From Nitrososphaerota archaeon (GTDB taxonomy: Archaea > Thermoproteota > Nitrososphaeria > Nitrososphaerales > UBA57), in the NCBI GenBank assembly GCA_002713205.1, contig PAVW01000009.1:34417-66416 (forward strand): 32,000 nt of DNA, given 5' to 3'. How positions within the stretch are numbered: position 1 is the first letter of the stretch; the number at the start of each line of letters is the position of its first letter. The notes below the pieces were generated by a model, which saw nothing but the letters and a program-made list of their open reading frames with translations, made no database searches and was not told the origin of the DNA. Made by a program: the position numbers and the translations under genes. Below, piece by piece: positions 9,200 to 15,505 of the stretch.

Positions 9200-9287
9200 A
9201 CGCCAATGATTTGATATTGGCTGTTATTATTATTTATTACAATAAGAATAATTATTTGAAATTCTTCATTTATTGAAAAATATTAAA

Positions 9288-9418
9288 CGCCCTGGGCGGG
9301 ATTTTCAACAATTTGGTTATTCCAAATCGATATTCGAACCCGCGTCAGAAGAGTGACAGTCTCCTATGCTAGGCCGGGCTGTGCGGGCATTGTAACATTT
9401 CCTCTACACCACCAGGGC
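9288..9418 (-). tRNA. tRNA-Asp(GUC) with two non-canonical introns (131 nt gene, 75 nt mature)
   Basis: Read on the minus strand: acceptor GCCCTGG pairs with CCAGGGC, discriminator G. D-arm GTGT-AG[25 nt, 9379-9403]CCCGGCCTA-GCAT. The anticodon arm GGAGA-CTGTCAC-TCTTC is intact, with anticodon at 9355-9357. T-arm GCGGG-TTCGAAT[31 nt, 9301-9331]CCCGC. Confidence 0.85.
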
Positions 9419-9489
9419 TATTACTCTCATTACAGTTTGAAACTATAACTTTTTCTTTTTATGCACATTTAATACATAAAAATGCCAAT

Positions 9490-10302
9490 ATGGATTTATT
9501 GAAAAAATATATAAATTTAAGTTTTGTTCAGTTTTCTCCTAAATTCGGCGATGTTGAATCTAATCTAAAAACTGCTTACCATTTAATTAATAAAGCAGAA
9601 CCAGGTATTATTGTACTTCCTGAATTAATGAATACTGGATATAATTTTAAAAATATTTCTGAAGTAGCGAATTTATCTGAATCTGCAAGATATGGTAATA
9701 CTTCTAAAATTTTAAATAAAATGTCGTTTGATTTGAAATCCACAATCATTGCTGGATTCTGTGAAAGATCTAATAATCGTTATTATAATAGTGCTATGGT
9801 TCTGTCAAAGGGTAAATTCCTTGGTGTATATAGAAAAATTCATCTATTCTATAGAGAAAAACTTTGGTTCACAACTGGTAATTTGGGTTTCAAAATTTTT
9901 GAAGTTGATAATATTAAATTAGGAGTTATGATATGTTCCGATTGGATATGGCCAGAATCTGCACGAACTCTTGCACTTAAAGGAGCTGATGTTATTGCCC
10001 ATCCTGCTAATTTGATTCTTAAAAGATTATGTCAACAAACTATGCCTGTGAGATGTTTTGAAAATCAAGTATATGCCGTAACTGCTAATAGAATTGGGAA
10101 AGAAACACGTGGTAGTGAATCATTTACATATACTGGTCAAAGTCAAATAGTTGCACCTGATATGAAAATTTTAACTCGTGCAAATTCTAATGGAAATTCT
10201 GTACGTTCTGTGAAAGTAAATGTTTTTCGTTCACGAAATAAAAATATTCATAAAAGAAATAATATAATATTTGACAGACAAAAACAATATTATTTATTAT
10301 AG
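9490..10302 (+). CDS. Carbon-nitrogen hydrolase (nitrilase superfamily) protein
   Basis: The Glu-Lys-Cys catalytic triad appears in its usual contexts: LPELMNTGY, YRKIHLF and VMICSDWIWPE. Confidence 0.8.
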   Translation: MDLLKKYINLSFVQFSPKFGDVESNLKTAYHLINKAEPGIIVLPELMNTGYNFKNISEVANLSESARYGNTSKILNKMSFDLKSTIIAGFCERSNNRYYNSAMVLSKGKFLGVYRKIHLFYREKLWFTTGNLGFKIFEVDNIKLGVMICSDWIWPESARTLALKGADVIAHPANLILKRLCQQTMPVRCFENQVYAVTANRIGKETRGSESFTYTGQSQIVAPDMKILTRANSNGNSVRSVKVNVFRSRNKNIHKRNNIIFDRQKQYYLL

Positions 10303-10311
10303 CTTTATTTT

Positions 10312-10698
10312 TTACGTTTTTTCAAGATCAATAAATTTTTCTGTTTTTAAATTAAAAAATTGCCACGTTCCTCTTTTTTTATTTTTTACACTTCTTTTGT
10401 CAAATGTCCATGCAATTACTGGTGTCGCTCCTTTGTCTATTGCCCATTTTAATAAATATTTTCTTTCAATTTTATCTATATCGGTTAAATATTTTGAAAC
10501 TTGAATGAACCATACTTTTGTCATTCTTCCTTTGCCTTTCTTTACAGAAACTATATCTATTGGAAAATATTTTTTACCATCGACTTTGACCATTCCTGCT
10601 TTTGATCCAGATCCTCTAATTGCAAACCAATTATTTTTTCTTAATTTGGATAATAAATTGTGTTCACGACTTCTTCCTAAAATGTAAGAATTTACCAA
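10312..10698 (-). CDS. hjc: Holliday junction resolvase Hjc-like (PD-(D/E)xK nuclease fold)
   Basis: GRSREHNLLSKLRKNNWFAIRGSGSK followed by FPIDIVSV and WFIQVSK follows the Hjc layout (G..ER.L..L...G..v.R...S / D / ExK). The ExK position reads QVSK instead. Confidence 0.6.
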   Translation of the reverse strand: MVNSYILGRSREHNLLSKLRKNNWFAIRGSGSKAGMVKVDGKKYFPIDIVSVKKGKGRMTKVWFIQVSKYLTDIDKIERKYLLKWAIDKGATPVIAWTFDKRSVKNKKRGTWQFFNLKTEKFIDLEKT

Positions 10699-10886
10699 TT
10701 ATATGACCTTATAAACATGTTATGGAATAACTTTAAAATTATTAATATTGAATTTGACGGAATATGACCCATTAAATCCATTACATCTCCACAATTTACT
10801 CTATTTAGTAGGTTAATTCTGCTTTGCATTTCAATTAATACTCGTAATCTTCCTTTAGAAGCTAAAAAATGAATTATTTTTTCCAT
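10692..10886 (-). CDS. Hypothetical small protein (64 aa) upstream of hjc
   Basis: ORF only. It overlaps the hjc start by 7 nt on the same strand and has no recognisable motif. Confidence 0.25.
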   Translation of the reverse strand: MEKIIHFLASKGRLRVLIEMQSRINLLNRVNCGDVMDLMGHIPSNSILIILKLFHNMFIRSYNW

Positions 10887-11013
10887 TATGGAATAACTTA
10901 ATTGACTAATTATTAATCGAAATATTAAGGCGAATTAATAATGAATTTACATGAAAAATTATACTCTAAATTTGCTTTAATTTCATATAATAAATTTTTA
11001 CCGTGAATTTTAT

Positions 11014-11676
11014 TTGAAATCTTCATATTTTGATACTTTATTAGAATTGCTTATTCTAGGTGCAAAAAAACCAATTAAACTTTCTACATTTCAATTAGCT
11101 GAACGTATAAGTAAATCTCAACAATCAGCCTCTCAACATTTACTTTATTTGGAAAAATCAGGTTATATTGAGAGATTTAAAGATATTGACGGAACTTTTA
11201 TCCAAATCACTGATAAAGGATTGAATTATTTGACTAACTTACATAATCAATTGCAAAATGCATTTGAAAAACATTCTGATTCTTTTCTATTTGAAGGAAC
11301 TGTTTTTTCAGGATTAGGAGAAGGTGCATATTATGTTTCTTTATCAGGATATAAAAAACAATTTATTTCCAAACTTAATTTTGAACCTTTTCCAGGCACA
11401 TTGAATTTACGTCTAATTAATCCTATTCATCGGAAAATGAAATTACAATTGTCTAATAGTTCGTGTATTAATATTGATGGATTTATTGATAAAAAAAGAA
11501 CTTATGGAACTGCTAAATGCTTTCCTGCTTTGATAAATAATAAAGAACACGGGGCGGTATTAATTATAGAACGTACACATTATGACAATTCTGTTTTAGA
11601 ATTGATTTCTTCGGTTAATTTAAGAAAAAAATTACAATTACAAGATGGTCATTCTATTAACGTTAGTATTCTGTGA
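11014..11676 (+). CDS. ribK: CTP-dependent riboflavin kinase with N-terminal winged-helix domain (RbkR-type architecture)
   Basis: The C-terminal domain has GTVFSGLGEGAYYVS...FEPFPGTLNLRL (archaeal RibK signature). The N-terminal ~85 aa look like a wHTH (ERISKSQQSASQHLLYLEKSGYIER). A TTG start is required, because there is no in-frame ATG between the upstream stop at 10978 and the conserved region. Confidence 0.8.
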   Translation: MKSSYFDTLLELLILGAKKPIKLSTFQLAERISKSQQSASQHLLYLEKSGYIERFKDIDGTFIQITDKGLNYLTNLHNQLQNAFEKHSDSFLFEGTVFSGLGEGAYYVSLSGYKKQFISKLNFEPFPGTLNLRLINPIHRKMKLQLSNSSCINIDGFIDKKRTYGTAKCFPALINNKEHGAVLIIERTHYDNSVLELISSVNLRKKLQLQDGHSINVSIL

Positions 11677-11681
11677 TCTTA

Positions 11682-12320
11682 TTATATTATTTCTGTCTCT
11701 TTCTGAATATTTCTATTTATTATCAATGAACTTTTTACTTTAGGTATCGGCGAATCTAATTTTACAACTCTAATTTTCATTTTATTTTCCATAGCTAATT
11801 TTTTCAATCCAATCATATTGTGCTTTTGATCATAACCAATTGTGATTATATCCGGCTTGATTTTTTTTACTATATCGAAAATATTCTTTTTACTTCCCAC
11901 AAGTGCATGATCTACATATCTTATTGCAGATACCAGACTCGCTCTTTTTTTTTCATTATTTAATGGTTTTTTATTTTTTATTTTTTTAACACGTTTATCC
12001 GTTGCAATTGATACTATTAGTACATCTCCCATTTTTTTAGATTTTTTTAATGTATAGATGTGTCCCGGATGTATTATGTCATATACGCCTCCAGTTAAAA
12101 CTACTGATATTTGTAAACGTCCTTTTTTTGTAATAAAATACGAATTATTTTTTTGTATGATGTATTTTTTTCCTTTTAAATTTTCTAATTTCTCCAATAA
12201 ATGTTTTTTATCTATATTTGTTTGTTTTATTATTTTTTGAACTGTGGTTAATTTATTTAAATTATTGCAGAATATTAATCCAAGAATATTCTTATCATTA
12301 TCTGAAATTTTTTTTACCAT
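11682..12320 (-). CDS. ribL: FAD synthase RibL-like nucleotidyltransferase (cytidylyltransferase fold) with N-terminal wHTH-like extension
   Basis: TGGVYDIIHPGHIYTLKKSKKMGDVLIVSIATDKRVKKIK...YVDHALVGS...KPDIITIGYDQ matches the (T/H)xGH nucleotidyltransferase/RibL layout. The first ~70 aa are an extra helical, HTH-like domain. Confidence 0.65.
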   Translation of the reverse strand: MVKKISDNDKNILGLIFCNNLNKLTTVQKIIKQTNIDKKHLLEKLENLKGKKYIIQKNNSYFITKKGRLQISVVLTGGVYDIIHPGHIYTLKKSKKMGDVLIVSIATDKRVKKIKNKKPLNNEKKRASLVSAIRYVDHALVGSKKNIFDIVKKIKPDIITIGYDQKHNMIGLKKLAMENKMKIRVVKLDSPIPKVKSSLIINRNIQKETEII

Positions 12321-12322
12321 TT

Positions 12323-13345
12323 TTATTTAATCTCTTTTAGAAAATGTAATGAGTCTAATAATCCTTCTGCATATCCTATGCTCAATATAGCTAATTCGAT
12401 TTTATCTTTTTCTTTAAACCTTTCCGAATCTTTAATATACGCTTCTGCATTATCAAATAATTCTTTATATTTTTTTGATTCTTTTGTTAATGTTTTCATT
12501 GAAGTTAATGTTTGACGAGTTTTTGGAATATATTTTTTTAGCATTTGACTTGATATTGCTATTGCTTTTTTTGAATTATTATTTATGTTATTATTTTTTA
12601 CTTTTAATATGGTTTTTAATGCTTCTTCTTCAGTGAAATGTAATTCTCCTGGAATTATTATGCTATGTGGTGGTTCGTTATATTTTTTATTACTTAATTC
12701 TTTAATTTGTCCTGCTTTAATACATTGATTTTTTGACCCTATTCTTGAAGCAATAATTATTATTGATTTATTTGTTAGTACATTTCTTTTTTGTTCTTTT
12801 TCTGTATTTTTTAATAATTTAATAGCTTTGTTTGGATCTAAATATTCATTTTTTTCGTTGTTAAATTCTAATAAAATTAATGAATGAAGTTTAGAGACTA
12901 GATTATTGTGAATTGCATAATAGACTGATAATGGGGCTATTTCATGTTCCTTCATTAAACTCACAGTTCTTCCAAATTTATATGAATGTAATCCAGTTTC
13001 ACCGGGTAAAACTGAAATAATTGAACTATTATGAAGTATTTTTGTTTTGATTCCCCTCTCTTCTGCTCGTAATCTTAGATCCATGTGCGTGGTGGCAATC
13101 ATTGGATCTCCATATGAAAGTAATGTTATGTTTTTCTTTCTAGCTTCATTTAATATTGTTGTTCCTGTTTCAACAAAATCTCTACTCACTTCAATTATTT
13201 TATATTTTGTTTTGTATTTTTCTGTTACATTTATGGGGCTAGTATATTTTTCTAAATACACCTTGTTCGAATTCTTTAATATTTCATCAAGTTCAATTGT
13301 AATTGTTTTCCATTGACTTATCCCTAAACCTGCAAATATTAACAT
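12323..13345 (-). CDS. dph5: Diphthine synthase (Dph5/DphB) with ~90 aa C-terminal extension
   Basis: N-terminus MLIFAGLGIS...KVYLEKYTS and GDPMIATTH (tetrapyrrole-methylase fold, diphthine synthase pattern). The canonical domain ends near IIIPGELHFTEEEAL, and a Lys-rich helical tail follows. Confidence 0.8.
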   Translation of the reverse strand: MLIFAGLGISQWKTITIELDEILKNSNKVYLEKYTSPINVTEKYKTKYKIIEVSRDFVETGTTILNEARKKNITLLSYGDPMIATTHMDLRLRAEERGIKTKILHNSSIISVLPGETGLHSYKFGRTVSLMKEHEIAPLSVYYAIHNNLVSKLHSLILLEFNNEKNEYLDPNKAIKLLKNTEKEQKRNVLTNKSIIIIASRIGSKNQCIKAGQIKELSNKKYNEPPHSIIIPGELHFTEEEALKTILKVKNNNINNNSKKAIAISSQMLKKYIPKTRQTLTSMKTLTKESKKYKELFDNAEAYIKDSERFKEKDKIELAILSIGYAEGLLDSLHFLKEIK

Positions 13346-13415
13346 ATTTTTCTAATTTATACTGAAGCGAAACTGTTATTATAAAAATCGTTTTTAAAAG
13401 AAATTGCGGGCTTTT

Positions 13416-13541
13416 GGGCCTGTGATATACATTTACAGGATGCTCAGCCAGGTAGAATTCTTGCCAAAAGCGGCTGGCTCTTAACCAGATGTGTAATTTA
13501 CACAGGTGAATAGGTCGTGGGTTCGAATCCCATCAGGCCCG
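13416..13541 (+). tRNA. tRNA-Lys(CUU) interrupted by three insertions (126 nt gene, ~74 nt mature)
   Basis: Acceptor GGGCCTG (13416-13422) pairs with CAGGCCC (13534-13540), discriminator G. TG is followed by a 17 nt insertion (13425-13441). D-arm GCTC-AGCCAGGTA-GA[13 nt, 13457-13469]GC. Anticodon arm GCTGG-CTCTTAA-CCAG[22 nt, 13489-13510]T, with anticodon at 13480-13482. Variable loop AGGTC. T-arm GTGGG-TTCGAAT-CCCAT is intact. Confidence 0.75.
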
Positions 13542-13578
13542 CATTTTTATATATTGATAATTGACTTGTTTTCTGAAT

Positions 13579-13752
13579 CTAATAGCTTGATTCTGCAGAT
13601 GGTCTAAGATGTTTTTTCCATGTCTCTATCTTACAATTTTTACATTTATACAATGATTTTCCTTTTCTTCTCATAATATCGGTTTGTTGTATTACTGTAT
13701 GTTCTGTTTTTGACATACACTTTCTACAATATCGGTTTTCATATTTTGTCAA
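13579..13752 (-). CDS. Hypothetical small zinc-ribbon protein (57 aa, CxxC-x29-CxxC), not in the ORF track
   Basis: Manual minus-strand translation from TTG (13752-13750): LTKYENRYCRKCMSKTEHTVIQQTDIMRRKGKSLYKCKNCKIETWKKHLRPSAESSY, stop TAG (13581-13579). It begins 14 nt after the rfcS stop on the same strand. It is shorter than the apparent ORF-track cutoff and has a non-ATG start. Confidence 0.35.
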   Translation of the reverse strand: MTKYENRYCRKCMSKTEHTVIQQTDIMRRKGKSLYKCKNCKIETWKKHLRPSAESSY

Positions 13753-13766
13753 GATGCATGAGTATA

Positions 13767-14720
13767 TTATATGGCTGCAATTTCAGCTAGTAATGCAGAA
13801 AGTTGGATTTCAGGATTTGCTCCCTGTATAATCCTATAATCATACTTTGCAAGAATTTTAATTATTTCTTCTATATTTTCGTTTTTATTTTTCATAATTT
13901 CTTCATTTGCAAATTTTAAGAAATCCTTTTCTGAGACTCCATATACATTATTTAATGTTATTAGTTTCTCTCGTGCTTCGCTAAATTTTTTATTTATTGC
14001 AAGATTAATAATATCTATAATTTGTTTTTTATGAGATAAATTGTACGCTTTATTGATGTTTTTAATATCTAATTTTCCTGAAGTTGAACTTGATTGTAAT
14101 AAATTGATAGCTGCTCTAAGATCTCCATTACTTATTTCATAAATCATTTTTATTGATTGATTGTCATACTTTATTTTTTCTTTTGAAGCAATTGTTTCTA
14201 GTTGTGTTGTTATGTACTTTTGTTCTAATTTTATAAAATGAAATATTGAACATCTACTTTGAATTGGTTGTATTATGTTTGAAATATAATTTCCAATTAA
14301 AATAAATCTTGAACTTTTTGATGTTTCTTCCATTATTCTTCGTAATGCAGTTTGTGCATCATTTGTCATTTCATCAGCTTCATCTAAAATAATCATTTTA
14401 AATGGAACTTTTTCACGATTATCAGCATATCTGGCAAAATTTTTTATTCTTTGTCTTACAGTGTTTATCCCACGTTCATCAGATGAATTTAAAAATATAC
14501 TGTATTCTTGCCAATTTTTTCCAAGTATGTTCTTAGCTAATATTATTGCTAACGTTGTTTTTCCTGTTCCTGGCGGACCTGTAAATAATAAATGCGGTAT
14601 TGCATTTGGGGTTTTTAAGAATGGCCTTAATCTATCTATAATTGATTTTTGGTTAATTATTTGTGTGATATTTTCAGGTCGGTATTTTTCTACCCACATT
14701 AAATTTTTGACATTTGACAA
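13767..14720 (-). CDS. rfcS: Replication factor C small subunit
   Basis: N-terminus WVEKYRP, Walker A GPPGTGKTT, Walker B ILDEADEMT, and the SRC motif (QSRCSIF). No intein. Confidence 0.9.
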   Translation of the reverse strand: MSNVKNLMWVEKYRPENITQIINQKSIIDRLRPFLKTPNAIPHLLFTGPPGTGKTTLAIILAKNILGKNWQEYSIFLNSSDERGINTVRQRIKNFARYADNREKVPFKMIILDEADEMTNDAQTALRRIMEETSKSSRFILIGNYISNIIQPIQSRCSIFHFIKLEQKYITTQLETIASKEKIKYDNQSIKMIYEISNGDLRAAINLLQSSSTSGKLDIKNINKAYNLSHKKQIIDIINLAINKKFSEAREKLITLNNVYGVSEKDFLKFANEEIMKNKNENIEEIIKILAKYDYRIIQGANPEIQLSALLAEIAAI

Positions 14721-14944
14721 AACTAAAAAATAAAAGACATTTATCTCGTATAAATTGTTATTTATTATAATTATTTTAATTATTTTTTACTTTTTATCTA
14801 TATATTTACCATAATATGCCATATAACTCATAAAATTTTATAATATGGTTATTATTCTAACCTATTTTATGTTAATTTTTTTTTGCTTATTGTAACAAAA
14901 AATTTTCCAGACATCCTTAAAGGATATTTATTGGTATTATTATT

Positions 14945-15505
14945 GTGTCAATTTCCCATGAAAAATCAATTGGTCGTGTAATCGAAGACATTAATCTAGA
15001 ATCTGATTTGTCTAATGTTAAAGTTATTGCTAAGGCTAATATTGAAGAAATGCAAATTGGTTCATTTAATTTGGAACAAAAAGATAAAGAAACAAAATTT
15101 GATATTCCTCGGTGGGTAGCTTCAATTTTGGTAGATAAGGGTTTAGTCGATTTTCTAGATACTGGAATTGAAATTGAGGTATTGACAGCCGTGCATAAAG
15201 AAAAACTTCTTGGTAATTTACAATTATCTCCTTTACGTAAAGATTTTTACCCAAAAGTAAAATTATTATTAAATGATTGGAAGGCTAAGTTATCTAATAA
15301 TCCTGATCTTAAAAATGAATATGATAAAATTTTCATTTCATGCTATGATCTTATGAATATTCGAATCAGTAAATTAATATCTCTTGCATCTCTATCACAT
15401 CCCCCTGATGATCTATCGAATAAAATAACTCCAGAAGAACAGATATTATTTGATAAAACTCGTCAAGATATTCAAGAATGGAGACATTCTATGCTAAGTG
15501 AATGA
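14945..15505 (+). CDS. gins23: GINS subunit, Gins23-like domain order
   Basis: A B-domain-like segment (FDIPRWVASILVDKGLV) sits N-terminal to an A-domain-like helical segment (NIRISKLISLAS...ITPEEQILF). The gene lies immediately upstream of mcm and overlaps it, as in Crenarchaeota. The GTG start is uncertain. Confidence 0.55.
   Translation: MSISHEKSIGRVIEDINLESDLSNVKVIAKANIEEMQIGSFNLEQKDKETKFDIPRWVASILVDKGLVDFLDTGIEIEVLTAVHKEKLLGNLQLSPLRKDFYPKVKLLLNDWKAKLSNNPDLKNEYDKIFISCYDLMNIRISKLISLASLSHPPDDLSNKITPEEQILFDKTRQDIQEWRHSMLSE

Noticed and set aside
9200-9287. C/D-box sRNA candidates in this and the other intergenic spacers. Also the GCCAAT-N8-ATTGGC hairpin (9202-9221), which lies upstream of tRNA-Lys(UUU) on its strand.
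   Set aside because: No spacer contains an RUGAUGA C box paired with a CUGA D box at appropriate spacing. The hairpin is short and may simply be part of the tRNA leader.
10887-11013. An imperfect inverted repeat, TTAATCG...CGAATTAA, upstream of the wHTH-ribK gene, considered as a possible auto-operator.
   Set aside because: The arms are not truly complementary (CGATTAA versus CGAATTAA), and the sequence context is about 80% A+T. This is not distinguishable from chance without comparative data.
13406-13543. An alternative acceptor stem for the tRNA at 13416: GCGGGCT (13406-13412) pairing with GGCCCGC (13536-13542).
   Set aside because: It would leave two unpaired nucleotides between the T-stem and the acceptor stem, and ten extra nucleotides at the 5' side. 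The GGGCCTG/CAGGCCC model fits a standard cloverleaf. It may reflect leader-trailer pairing in the precursor.
14721-14944. The idea that the AT-rich spacer in the replisome gene cluster is a replication origin.
   Set aside because: There is no orc1/cdc6 gene nearby. I could find no repeated ORB-like elements of adequate length, only short palindromes. Divergent promoters explain the AT-richness.
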